A stretch of 64,000 nucleotides of DNA from assembly GCA_950097015.1 (NCBI GenBank), contig CATNEN010000039.1:13268001-13332000 (forward strand), read 5' to 3'. The DNA is from Macrostomum hystrix. Its lineage: Eukaryota > Animalia > Platyhelminthes. Within the stretch, counting starts at the first letter, position 1, and every line of letters starts with the position of its first letter. Positions 50,711 to 63,161 of this stretch are shown here, piece by piece. The translations under genes were made by a program, and so were the position numbers. The notes under the pieces are model-generated. The model did not search any database. It was given only the letters and a program-made list of their open reading frames with translations, and was not told the origin of the DNA.

Positions 50711-52401
50711 GTCTAACAGGTGATCAGTGTCTAACAGGTGATCAGTGTCTAACAGGTGATCAGTGTCTAACAGGTGATCAGTGTCTAACAGGTGATCAGC
50801 GTCTAACAGGTGATCAGTGTCTAACAAGTGATCAGTGTCTAACAGGTGATCAGTGTCTAACAGGTGATTAATGTCTAAAAGGTGATCAGTGTCTAACACG
50901 TTGCGTCTGTCTAACAGGTGATCAGTGTCTAACACGTTGCGTCTGTCTAACAGGTGATCAGTGTCTAACACGTTGCGTCCGTCTAACAGGTGATCAGTGC
51001 CTTACACGTTGTGTCTGTCTAACAGGTGATCAGTGTCTAACACGTTGCGTCTGTCTAACAGGTGATCAGTGTCTAACACGTTGCGTCTGTCTAACAGGTG
51101 ATCAGTGTCTAACACGTTGCGTCTGTCTAACAGGTGATCAGTTTCTAACAGGTGATCAGTGTCTAACAGGTGATCAGTGTCTAACAGGTGATCAGTGTCT
51201 AACAGGTGATCAGTATCTAACAGGTGATCAGTGTCTAACAGGTGATCAATGTCTAACAGGTGATCAGTGTCTAACAGGTGATCAGTGTCTAACACGTTGC
51301 GTCTGTCTAACAGGTGATTAGTGCCTAACAGGTGATCAATGTCTAACAGGTGATCAATGTCTAACACGTTGCGTCTGTCTAACAGGTGATCAGTGTCTAA
51401 CAGGTGATCAGTGTCTAACAAGTGATCAGTGTCTAACAGGTGATCAGTGTCTAACAGGTGATCAGTGTCTAACAGGTGATCAGTGTCTAACAGGTGATCA
51501 ATGTCTAACACGTTGCGTCTGTCTAACAGGTGATCAGTGTCTAACACGTTGCGTCTGTCTAACAGGTGATCAGTGCCTGACACGTTGTGTCTGTCTAACA
51601 GGTGATCAGTGTCTAACACGTTGCGTCTGTCTAACAGGTGATCAGTGCCTTACACGTTGTGTCTGTCTAACAGGTGATCAGTGTCTAACACGTTGCGTCT
51701 GTCTAACAGGTGATCAGTGTCTAACAGGTAATCAGTGTCTAACAGGTGATCAGTGTCTAACATGTGATCAATGTCTTACAGGTGATCAATGTCTAAAAGG
51801 TGATCAATGTCTAACAGGTAATCAGTGTCTAAGGGGTGATCAATATATCCAGCAGGTCATTAATGTCTAACAGGTGATCAGTGTCTAACAGGTGATCAGT
51901 GTCTAACAGGTCATCAGTGTCTAACAGGTGATCAGTGTCTAACAGGTGATCAGTGTCTAACAGGTGATCAGTGTCTAACAGGTGATCAGTGTCTAACAGG
52001 TGATCAGTGTCTAACAGGTGATCAGTGTCTAACAGGTGATCAGTGTCTAACAGGTGATCAGTGTCTAACAAGTGATCAGTGTCTAACAGGTGATCAATAT
52101 CTAACAGGTGATCTATATGTCTAACATGTGATCAATGTCTAACAGATGATCAGTGTCTAACAGGTGATCAGTGTCTAACAGGTGATCAGTGTCTAACAGG
52201 TCATCAGTGTCTAACAGGTGATCAGTGTCTAACAGGTCATCAGTGTGTAACAGGTGATCTATATCTAACAGGTGAACAATGTCTACCATGTGATCAATGT
52301 CTAACAGGTGATCAATGTCTAACAGGTAATCAGTGTCTAAGGGGTGATCAATATATCCAGCGGGTGATTAATGTCTAACAGGTGAACAATATCTAACAGG
52401 T
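50711..52401. repeat. 18-bp satellite, unit 3 array
   Basis: Direct reading. Rich in the CACGTTGCGTCT variant monomer. Confidence 0.97.
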
Positions 52402-52868
52402 TGTAGCCTAACAAGCAATTAAATTGTCAACAAAGGTTTACAAAGTTATAATTTTCCAACAATTGCACTTTAATCATCTAAGCTTAACGTGTACTTGTTT
52501 GTTTTTTCAAAACAAGAGAAAAAAATGTGTTTATGTTATGAAAACGTTTTGAAAACTAAAGAAGCGTGTAATGTTAACAATTGAAAATACATAGGCAACA
52601 TATTCTGATGTTGGACAATAATACTATAAATTAAAAGAATTTTTTGAGAACCTTAAAACCCTTTTGTACAATCGATACTATACAAAAGTGGAAGCAGATT
52701 AAAAATTAAAAAAAATTGAATACTTTTGTGAAGCATATAGTGCAAAGCAACAAGTTCTAAAATGATAAATAAATAAGGAAGCGGATCCGCATATACTACT
52801 GACCAAACTGACCAAGAAACTTTCTTGTAAACTTGTAAACTTACATTGCACGATCTGGTCCATTAGTG

Positions 52869-53057
52869 TCAAAGATTGTACATGTATTGCGCAATCACTA
52901 CAAACACCAGTGAAAGAAAAAAATAAACATTTAGCTGCAAATGAAAGATGAGAACTGATAATATTGTTGTGAGTACCATAGCAGACGACACTAGGAATAA
53001 TTTACTGATGTTGGAGGCGAACTTCATGATAACACCCATGATCATACCGCCGATGGC
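52869..53057 (-). pseudogene. Orphan duplicate of the SLC35A4 last coding exon (unit 3)
   Basis: Near-identical to 60463-60651. A 14-bp deletion in the adjacent intron removes the CTAAT branch-point-like motif. Confidence 0.9.
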
Positions 53058-53085
53058 CTGTGAAACGGCGAATGCGAAATTGACT

Positions 53086-53791
53086 ATAATCTACCTGATT
53101 TATCTACTAGAATCTAACAGATTCATCTACTAGAATCTACTAGGATTATCTACTAGAATCTAACAGATTCATCTACTAGAATCTACTAGGATTATCTACT
53201 AGAATCTACTAGGATTATCTACTAGAATCTACTAGGATTATCTACTAGAATCTACTAGGATTATCTACTAGAATCTACCTATCTACTTCTATTATTTATT
53301 ATTTATTATTTATTATTTATTTACTAGAATCTATCCGATTTTTCTACTAGAATCTACCAGATTTATTTACTAGAATCTACCAGATTTATTTACTAGAATC
53401 TACCAGATTTATCTACTAGAGTCTACCAGCATTATGTACTAGAATCTACCAGATTTGTCTACTAGAGTCTACCAGCATTATCTACTAGAATCTACCAGAT
53501 TTATTTACTAGAATCTACCAGATTTATCTACTAGAGTCTACCAGCATTATGTACTAGAATCTACCAGATTTGTCTACTAGAGTCTTCCAGCATTATGTAC
53601 TAGAATCTACCAGATTTATCTACTAGAATCTACCAGCATTATCTACTAGAATCTACCAGATTTATTTACTAGAATCTAACAGATTTATCTACTAGAGTCT
53701 ACCAGCATTATGTACTAGAATCTACCAGATTTGTCTACTAGAATCTTCCAGATATATCTACTAGAATCTACCAGATTTATCTACTAGAATC
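53086..53791. repeat. 23-bp minisatellite, unit 3
   Basis: Direct reading. Confidence 0.95.
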
Positions 53792-54256
53792 AACTTCGAA
53801 ATGCTCAGATTCTGGCATTTCGACTTTGCTATATTCGAAATTGATTCAATAATACTCGTAGATGTTGTATTTTAAATTAATATTCTGCTTCCTGGAAATC
53901 GATACAATTTTGGAGTAATTTTATGGTATGTAGCTTAAACGGTGTGTTATTCACTCAATCGTGAATAATAATTCGGCATGTTCACATGTAGTGCAATTGA
54001 CACAAGCGAGCCCCAACGCCGAGCACAGCTCAGCGTGTATTTAGCGCTAACAAATATACGGGCACGCTCTAAGTCTCACAAGACCTTTGAGGACTGTAAC
54101 ATTTGTGGGCAATAACAGCAGTCTATGGTAACAAGACAATAAGCGCACATCACCGAGCATAGCTACCTACATGCATACGAATAGCTAAAAAACAATTAGC
54201 TAACAAATATCTTACACACACACTCAGCATTTGGCCAGTCAGGAGAGACGGAGTCG

Positions 54257-54290
54257 GTCACGTGATCAGCCCCGAACGGAAATATAAATA
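54257..54290 (+). promoter_or_regulatory. Core promoter of copy 3 (E-box, ETS-like, TATA)
   Basis: Same motifs as copy 1. Confidence 0.55.
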
Positions 54291-54452
54291 TCGACGCCGG
54301 TTAGCCTGCTAAATCACGCGCCTGCTGTGGGAATCCTTCTTCAGGACAGAGAAACGCCCAATTCTTATTATTTTGCTTCAGACGCTCAAGACTTTTAGTT
54401 GCTTTCAGACCAGACCTGTCAGCAGCGGAGAAACAGACAACAGGCAAAGAAT

Positions 54453-55046
54453 ATGAACAGTTTCACAACAGTTCTGCTGCTGCTGCTACTTGCACTGTCG
54501 ATTTCAACCACTGGTAAGTTGAAGCCAAGCTCTTATATTGTCTTATTGAAAGTCTCGCAATAGACAGGAGAAGAAAAAAGACACTAATTATTTTTATCTC
54601 CAGATGCAGCAACTATCTCCTCAGGTCAGCGTCGCCTAGTTCGCAGATCTAACGTAAACGCTGCTCACTACGATCCGAGCCTCACAAAGTTTACTGACGA
54701 CTGTCCGAATGGCTACATTGCCTATCTGAAGTTTAACGCCAGTAAGTCCTCTGGAAGAATTTGGATCAATCACATATACTGTTTCGCCAATCGATTTCCT
54801 AATTCAATTCCAGCAACTGGCCTATTCGGCTGCGCCATCAGAACGCCGGAGATTTGCTTCGTGTTGTGCGAGATGATGCGCAGCGACAACTGGGATCCCA
54901 CTAACGTGGTGTCCATTCTGGATAACAGAGAATTCGACGGCTGGTACTGTAGGGCCCTGCCTCAATACGCCACCAGACCGTGCTTCTACAAGTCCAAGTA
55001 CGAGACTCTGCTTGATGTGAGGCAGATGTACACAAGAGATCGATAG
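54453..55046 (+). CDS. Secreted Cys-rich preproprotein, copy 3 (exons 54453-54513, 54604-54741, 54814-55046)
   Basis: Colinear with copy 1 at offset 50526. Carries H61Y plus D42H. Splice sites intact. Confidence 0.85.
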
Positions 55047-55426
55047 ATGTACTACTAGCCAGATTACTGCCAGAACTGTGCGGAACTGTCCGGAGGCTCT
55101 GCAGATGGACATTAATAAACAATAGTAAAAATGCAACTGGTATATGCTTTGCAATGCAGTGAAAATATTATCTCCGATTGCTGGCGTGTGCGTGTGTGTG
55201 CTTGAATTCTTTAGGGCCTAAGCATAATCGATTAATGTCTTAACTCCAGTGAAATATATGAAATACATAATATTCTAATACCCAAATATAGTTTTGGCAA
55301 TTCAACAAAATACCCTATGATAGCAGCAATGACTGAAAACGCAAGCACTAAAACATGGCCTAAGTAATTGTGACATTTCTTGTGTATTAACTCAAATAGA
55401 CGATAAATGGCTACAGATATATAGCC

Positions 55427-55602
55427 ATATAGACAAATAGATAGATAGATAGATATATAGACAAATAGATAGATAAAAAGATAGATAAATAGTTAGATAG
55501 ATAGATAAATAGATAGATTCATAGATAGATAGATAGATATATAGACAAATAGATAGATAAATAGATAAGTTAGATAGATAGATAGATAGATAAATAGATA
55601 AG

Positions 55603-55633
<31 letters not shown>

Positions 55634-55654
55634 GATAGATAGATAGATAGATGA

Positions 55655-55717
<63 letters not shown>

Positions 55718-55818
55718 GATAGATAGATAGATAGATGAATAGATAGATAGATAGATAGATAGATGAATAGATAGATGAATAGATAAATAGATAGATAGAT
55801 AGATAGATAGATAGATGA

Positions 55819-55856
<38 letters not shown>

Positions 55857-56030
55857 GAATAGATAGATAGATAGATAGATAGATGAATAGATAGATAGAT
55901 AGATAGATGAATAGATAGATAGATGAATAGATAGATAGATGAATAGATAGATAGATAGATAGATAGATGAATAGATAGATAGATGAATAGATAGATAGAT
56001 GAATAGATAGATAGATAGATAGATAGATGA

Positions 56031-56072
<42 letters not shown>

Positions 56073-56074
56073 GA

Positions 56075-56108
<34 letters not shown>

Positions 56109-56110
56109 GA

Positions 56111-56164
<54 letters not shown>

Positions 56165-56166
56165 GA

Positions 56167-56204
<38 letters not shown>

Positions 56205-56243
56205 GAATAGATAGATAGATAGATAGATAGATAGATGGATAGA
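55427..56243. repeat. (GATA)n microsatellite, unit 3, expanded, with GAATA interruptions
   Basis: Direct reading. Confidence 0.97.
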
Positions 56244-56956
56244 CGAAGGCCTCTCAGAGGTAATCCACGCACACAGTACTAGATGTTTTGAAATGCCGAT
56301 TTTTTTATATATAGTACGATGGACCAAATTTTCGGCCAAAGCTGGGCCTTCTTCGGGTCTGTATATTTAGATAATTCAAACGATATTTGAAAAATATTGT
56401 TAAAGCGATCGCTTATATATATGGGAGGTTAAAAACCGTATTGATTTTAAAGTTTGAATTATACATAAAAAATTATAAACGAACACGGGCACGTTAAAAA
56501 TAAAACTGTCAATGCCACGTGCAGTCAGAGTCCTGTCAAAGGTTAAAGCGAATTAATTGTTATTTATGGGGGTAGCTTGGATGGACATAGAATGTCCTTC
56601 AGAGAGCGTGAGCGTGTGTACGCTGCCACTGTGCTCAAGTCACTGGCATGGTCTGCGATGACCGAACGGATTTCGTGTACAATACGTCCAGAGTGGTCCG
56701 TATAAGGAATGACGATGGGGACGCACGCACTGCGGTTAGTGTCAATGGAGTTCAGGCCAGCTGGGGTCTGAGTTTTCAGGAGATTAATGAGTCTGAGTTC
56801 CATTTCTCTTCTCCTGCGTTGAGTTGCCTCTCTGTGCGTCTCACATTCAGGGCTGAGGTACCAAAGACCCATGAACCGTAAGTCCAGCAGGCTGTGGTCT
56901 GTAGAGCGAAAATGTCTTGAGACCGGGGTATCTTTTGCCAGTCTAATGTCGCTCAG
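56244..56956 (-). mobile_element. Second copy of the truncated Penelope-like element
   Basis: Near-identical to 48428-49140 with the same ends (offset 7816), so it was co-duplicated with the unit. Confidence 0.85.
56322..56359 (-). ncRNA. Minimal hammerhead-ribozyme-like motif of the PLE 3' region
   Basis: GAC-CCGAAGA-A-GGCC-cagcttt-GGCC-GAAA-AUUUG-GUC: stem I, CUGANGA-like core (U>C), stem II, GAAA and a short palindrome (AAAUUU) instead of stem III. Confidence 0.6.
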
Positions 56957-57453
56957 ATAGATAGATAGATAGATACATGGAATCTACATTTCTAATTCAT
57001 CAGACTACATAAAAATTAGAATTATTATATAAATGGATTCTAAGAATCAGTAATACTTAGAAATTAAGCTTGAAGAAAATTCCAAATTTTATTTCGAAGA
57101 AATTTTATTGCTCAAAGAGATAATTACTTCGAAACTCAAATGTTTTGAAGAAAACTAGATTTCTTGGAAAACGTGCACTTTCTTTAAAGTAACACTTTTT
57201 ATATTGTTAATCTATCAACTTTTGAACCGATACGAATTCGCTAATGAGGCTTATTTTATGTCCTTGTCACCAGGGTCTTCGACAAAAAACTGCTGAATAT
57301 CTCGACATGCTGACTTGGACAACTAACAAATTAGTTAATCATAAGGGGCGGATCAGAACTTCAAACAAGCTTTGATTCCGTCAATTATTTCATATTTCAG
57401 AGTAGGAAATTTCTTATAATATTCCGTCACGGACGTGACGTGTTCTTTGACTT

Positions 57454-58355
57454 GGGATTTGTGAATCAGAATGGGATGCGTGAATCAGAATGGGATGCGT
57501 GAATTAGAATGGGATTTGTGAATCAAAATGGGATTTGTGAATCAGAATGGGATCTGTGAATCAGAATGGGATGCGTGAATCAGAATGGGATGCGTGAAAC
57601 AGAATGGGATGCGTGAATCAGAATGGGATGCGTGAAACAGAATGGGATGCGTGAATCAGAATAAGATCTGTGAATCAGAATGGGATCTTTAAATCAGAAT
57701 GGGATGCGTGAATTAGAATGTGATTTGTAAATTAGAATGGGATCTGTGAATCAGAATAGGATGCGCGAATTAGAATGGGATTTGTGAATCAGAATGATAT
57801 TTGTGAATCAGAATGGGATCTGTGAATCAGAATGGGATCTGTGAATCAGAATGGGATCTGTGAATCAGAATTGGATGCGTGAATCAGAATGAAATCTGTG
57901 AATCAGAGTGAGATCTGTGAATCAGAATGGAATGCATGAATCAGAATGGGATGCGTGAAACAGAATGGGATGCGTGAAACAGAATGGGATGCGTGAATCA
58001 GAATGAGATCTGTGAATCAGAATGGGATCTGTGAAACAGAATGGGATGCGTGAATCAGAATAAGATCTGTGAATCAGAATGGGATCTTTAAATCAGAATG
58101 GGATGCGTGAATTAGAATGAGATTTGTAAATTAGAATGGGATCTGTGAATCAGAATGGGATGCGTGAATTAGAATGGGATCTGTGAATCAGAATGGGATG
58201 CGTGAATTAGAATGGGATCTGTGAATCAGAATGGGATTTGTGAATCAGAATGGGATCTGTGAATCAGAATGGGATCTGTGAATCAGAATGGGATCTGTGA
58301 ATCAGAATGGGATCTGTGAATCAGAATGGGATCTGTGAATCAGAATGGGATTTGT
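57454..58355. repeat. 19-bp minisatellite array
   Basis: Same unit as above. Confidence 0.95.
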
Positions 58356-58927
58356 GGACCGGATTATGATTGTATGTGTAATTATCTGAGTCTGCAATTA
58401 GCCTTACAATGAAATCGTCTGGGAATTAGATTGCTACCTGAAAACATGTAAGAAGAAAAGTATTTTTATGTACGATATAAGTTCCATTTCGGCGGTTTGC
58501 GCACTCGCTACTGTAAGTAGTGACAAGAAGCTAATGAAAAAATCCAGGTTTTGAATGAAATAAAAGCATGCATAAATATTCATTTTGATATATTTTTCTT
58601 TAAAAAACTGATGCTTATCGAACAAATGGCAAATAGAGACAAACAAATAAAAACAAGGTTTGATATCTAGGAAGCCACAGCTGAGCATTATGACAGATAA
58701 GAGATTAGCGAAAACGAAATGTTTAATATTCGATTGCCATCTTTATAAGGCAGACTTCAACCACAAAAACAAATTGTGCACACAAAGTAGGTCAAAGTTT
58801 CGAAAGCAACATATACAATAAAAAGGCAAAACAAAATACTATATAACTCTGCTACATTTATAACAAAAAGTCTGTTTATTACTCGATGCAAGCCTAACAG
58901 TAAATACACGTCAAATATGTGACCAAT

Positions 58928-59990
58928 GTCTAACAGGTGATCAGTGTCTAACAGGTGATCAGTGTCTAACAGGTGATCAGTGTCTAACAGGTGATCAGTG
59001 TCTAACAGGTAATCAGCGTCTAACAGGTGATCAGTGTCTAACAGGTGATCAGTGTCTAACAGGTGATCAGTGTCTAACAAGTGATCAGTGTCTAACAGGT
59101 GATCAATATCTAACAGGTGATCTATATGTCTAACATGTGATCAATGTCTAACAGATGATCAGTGTCTAACAGGTGATCAGTGTCTAACAGGTGATCAGTG
59201 TCTAACAGGTGATCGGTGTCTAACAGGTGATCAGTTTCTAACAGGTGATCAGTGTCTAACAGGTGATTAGTGTCTAACAGGTGATTAGTGTCTAACAGGT
59301 GATCAATGTCTAACAGGTGATCTATATCTAACAGGTGATCAGTGTCTAACAGGTGATCAGTGTCTAACAGGTGATCAGTGTCTAACAGGTGATCAGTGTC
59401 TAACAGGTGATCTATATGTCTAACATGTGATCAATGTCTAACAGATGATCAGTGTCTAACAGGTGATCAGTGTCTAACAGGTGATCAGTGTCTAACAGGT
59501 GATCAGTGTCTAACAGGTGATCAGTGTCTAACAGGTGATCAGTGTCTAACAGGTGATCAGTGTCTAACAGGTGATCAGTGTCTAACAAGTGATCAGTGTC
59601 TAACAGGTGATCAATATCTAACAGGTGATCTATATGTCTAACATGTGATCAATGTCTAATAGATGATCAGTGTCTAACAGGTGATCAGTGTCTAACAGGT
59701 GATCAGTGTCTAACAGGTGATCGGTGTCTAACAGGTGATCAGTTTCTAACAGGTGATCAGTGTCTAACAGGTGATCAGTGTCTAACAGGTGATTAGTGTC
59801 TAACAGGTGATCAATGTCTAACAGGTGATCTATATCTAACAGGTGATCAGTGTCTAACAGGTGATCAGTGTCTAACAGGTGATCAGTGTCTAACAGGTGA
59901 TCAGTGTCTAACAGGTGATCAGTGTCTAAGGGGTGATCAATATATCCAGCAGGTGATTAATGTCTAACAGGTGAACAATATCTAACAGGT
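58928..59990. repeat. 18-bp satellite, array downstream of the intact SLC35A4
   Basis: Direct reading. Confidence 0.97.
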
Positions 59991-60057
59991 TGTAGCCTAA
60001 CAAACAATTAAATTGTCAACAAAGGTTTACAAAGTTATAATTTTCCAAAAATTGCAC

Positions 60058-60063
60058 TTTAAT
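60058..60063 (-). terminator. Probable poly(A) signal (ATTAAA) of the SLC35A4-like gene
   Basis: ATTAAA on the minus strand about 400 nt after the stop codon, followed by T/GT-rich sequence just before the 18-bp array. Confidence 0.45.
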
Positions 60064-60462
60064 CATCTAAGCTTAACGTGTACTTGTTTGTTTTTTCAAA
60101 ACAAGAGAACAAAATGTGTTTACGTTATGAAAACGTTTTGAAAACTAAAGAAGCGTGTAATGTTAGCAATTGAAAATACATAGGCAACATATTCTGATGT
60201 TGGACAACAATACTATAAATTAAAAGAATTTTTTGAGAACCTTAAAAACCTTTTGTACAATCGATACAATACAAAAGTGGAAGCAGATTAAAAATTATTT
60301 AACAAAAAATTGAATACTTTTGTGAAGCATATATTGCAAAGCAACAAGTTCTAAAATGATAAATAAATAAGGAAGCGGATCCGCATATACTACTGACCAA
60401 ACTGACCAAGAAACTTTCTTGTAAACTTGTAAACTTACATTGCACGATCTGGTCCATTAGTG

Positions 60463-62981
60463 TCAAAGATTGTACATGTATTGCGCAATCACTACAAACA
60501 CCAGTGAAAGAAAAAAATAAACATTTAGCTGCAAATGAAAGATGAGAACTGATAATATTGTTGTGAGTACCATAGCAGACGACACTAGGAATAATTTACT
60601 GATGTTGGAGGCGAACTTCATGATAACACCCATGATCATACCGCCGATGGCCTGTGAAACGGCGAATGCAATGATTAATTAGCGAAATTGACTATAATCT
60701 ACCAGATTTATCTACTAGAATCTAACAGATTCATCTACTAGAATCTACTAGGATTATCTACTAGAATCTACCTGATTTATCTACTAGAATCTACCAGATT
60801 CGTCTACTAGAATCTACCGAATTCATCTACTAGAATCTACTAGGATTATCTACTAAAATCTAACAGATTCATCTACTAGAATCTACCAGATTCATCCACT
60901 ACAATCTACCAGATTTGTCTACTAGAATCTAACAGATTCATCTACTAGAATCTACTAGGATTATCTACTAAAATCTAACAGATTCATCTACTAGAATCTA
61001 CTAGGATTATCTACTAGAATCTACTAGGATTATCTACTAGAATCTAACAGATTCATCTACTAGAATCTATCTGATTTATCTACTAGAATCTACCAGATTC
61101 GTCTACTAGAATCTACCGAATTCATCTACTAGAATCTACCAGATTCGTATACTAGAATCTACTAGATTAATCTACTAGAATCTACCTGATTCATCTACTA
61201 GAATCTACCTGATTCGTCTACTAGAATCTACCTGATTCGTCTACTAGAATCTACCACATTCATCTACTAGAATCTACCAGATTCATCTACTAGAATCTAC
61301 CAGATTCATCTACTAGAATCTACCAGATTCATCTACTAGAATCTACCAGATTCATCTACTAGAATCTACCAGATTCATCTACTAGAATCTACCAGATTAA
61401 TCTACTAGAATCTACCACATTCATCTACTAGAATCTACCAGATTCATCTACTAGAATCTACCAGATTCATCTACTAGAATCTACCAGATTCATCTACTAG
61501 AATCTACCAGATTAATCTACTAGAATCTACCAGATTAATCTACTAGAATCTACCTGATTCATCTACTAGAATCTACCAGATTCATCTACTAAAATCTACC
61601 TGATTTATCCACTAGAATCTACCTGATTCATCTACTAGAATCTACCAGATTCATATACTAGAACCTACCAGATTCATCTACTAGAACCTACCAGATGTAT
61701 TATTTTCAACCGCATTTACCTGCGAGAATATGAGGACCCAGGTAAGGAATGTGAAGCCGCGAAACAGGTCGTAAGATTTGTCCGATCTACCGCGAGACTG
61801 CACAGCGAATGTGGCCAGATTGACGCCGACTCCAAAGGTGTAGAGCAGCGCATTCTGCATATTAATGTTCAGGCTAGGCTGTTTTTTGAGCACGTACTCG
61901 GTGTAGACACCAGCAAGACCGGACACTGTGCAGTAGGCCGTGATCATCAGCAAACCAATCGGGGTGATGTGCAGGGTTGACGACTTGTTTGAGGTCGGAG
62001 TGGTAGCCATGGCAGCATTCTGGAGTCCGCCCCAGCTATTGCTGACCCCAGCGGCAAAGAGTACACAGAGGGAGGCCCATTGTAGCTGGCTTAGAGGTTT
62101 CTTGATGATCAAGCGAAACAGCACTGCCGTGGTCAGGATCTTCAAATTGCCAAGCACCTGTGAATTGATAGGTGATTAATATTTGCGCGTCAGATTGAGA
62201 ATTGTGAACCGAGTTGGAATCCGTGAATTAGATTGGGATCTGTGAATGATATTAGGATCTGTGAATGATGAATGGGATCTGTGAATTATATTAGGATCTG
62301 TGAATAAGACTAGGATTTGTGAATGATATTGGAATCTGTGAATCAGATTGGGATCGATGAATTAATAAAATTGGGATGTGAAAGAGATTGGGATCAGTGA
62401 ATGATATTGGGATCTGTGAATGCTATTGGGATCTGTGAAAGAGATTGGGATCGATTAATTAATAAGATTTGGATTTGTGGATGAGATTGGGATCTATGAA
62501 TGATATTGGGATCTGTGAATAAGATTGGGATCTGTGAATGATTTTGGGATCGACGAATTAATAAAATTGGGATCTGTGAAAGAAGTTTGTATCTGTTAAT
62601 GAAGCTGGGATATTGAAGCGAGTTCGGGATCCGTGAATTATTTTTTAGATATTGTTGTGTCACTAAATATGGCTCGAGTATCTCGAGGCCGTACAACAGA
62701 CGCCAACCTGATAGCTAGCCGGGTCCATCTGCAGCTGAATGTACACGGCCAGATTGTTATTGAGTGCGTACAGCAGAGCGGGCACCAAGTAAAGCAATGC
62801 GCCGTGAATGGACGGACACTCAAACCTGCCCAATCGCCTGGCCTCGGGCAGGTACAATCCCAAGGAGAGGAACAGCTTAGTGAATTCAGTAATTAACACC
62901 ATGCTGGACGAGGACCAGGGTATGGCGCCGTCAACTTCCATCAGGTGCACCAGGATGGTGTAGGATGAATAGACTAGAGTG
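60463..62981 (-). CDS. SLC35A4: SLC35A4-like nucleotide-sugar transporter, 5'-partial (exons ~62981-62708, 62157-61720, 60651-60463)
   Basis: The spliced translation has the family motifs VDGAIPWSSSSMVLITEFTKL, ALLYALNNNLAVYIQLQMDPASYQ|VLGNLKILTTAVL, LHITPIGL..YCTVSGLAGVYTE..K.Q, QNALLYTFGV..N, GF..LIFSQ|AIGGMIMGVIMKFASNISKLFLVSSAMV..LQL..YMYNL*. These closely follow the SLC35A4 sequence as I recall it. Phase-0 GT-AG introns at 62707-62158 and 61719-60652. An in-frame stop upstream of 62981 means the start exon lies further upstream. The first acceptor could alternatively give an exon start at 62973. Confidence 0.9.
60695..61697. repeat. 23-bp minisatellite filling the last intron of SLC35A4
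   Basis: Lies between the exon ending at 61720 and the exon starting at 60651. Confidence 0.95.
62200..62640. repeat. Degenerate ~19-20-bp intronic minisatellite (GATTGGGATCTGTGAAT core) in an SLC35A4 intron
   Basis: Repeated TGGGATCTGTGAA core shared with the 19-bp family. Confidence 0.85.
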
Positions 62982-63161
62982 CTAATGGGATTAGTAGGCA
63001 GGTAATGTTGAGTATGGTTTTAGAAATATTACGAAAACAATAGTTGAGTCAAAAGTTGCATCAATGAGATACTAAATCAAAGCCTTTCTGTTAGTCTCGG
63101 TTTTTATGGCTCCTAAATCGGATATTAATGACGGCTCCTCTAAGAACAGTAGATCCTTAAA

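Larger units (their letters stand above)
49636..57453. other. Segmental duplication unit 3 (7818 bp)
   Basis: Same block order and same junction as unit 2. Confidence 0.9.

Noticed and set aside
55392-56339. (IYLS)n ORFs of 259-315 aa, also at 48160-48523
   Set aside because: Translation of the (TATC)n microsatellite.
49636-57453. The repeated unit as a Helitron or other transposon that captured genes
   Set aside because: No transposase or Rep-helicase, no terminal inverted repeats or target-site duplications, and the last unit is continuous with the intact SLC35A4 locus. Tandem segmental duplication explains it.
61940-62896. Plus-strand ORFs 61940-62179 and 62633-62896, minus-strand 62394-62696, and 52948-53133
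   Set aside because: Antisense to SLC35A4 exons or derived from intronic repeats.
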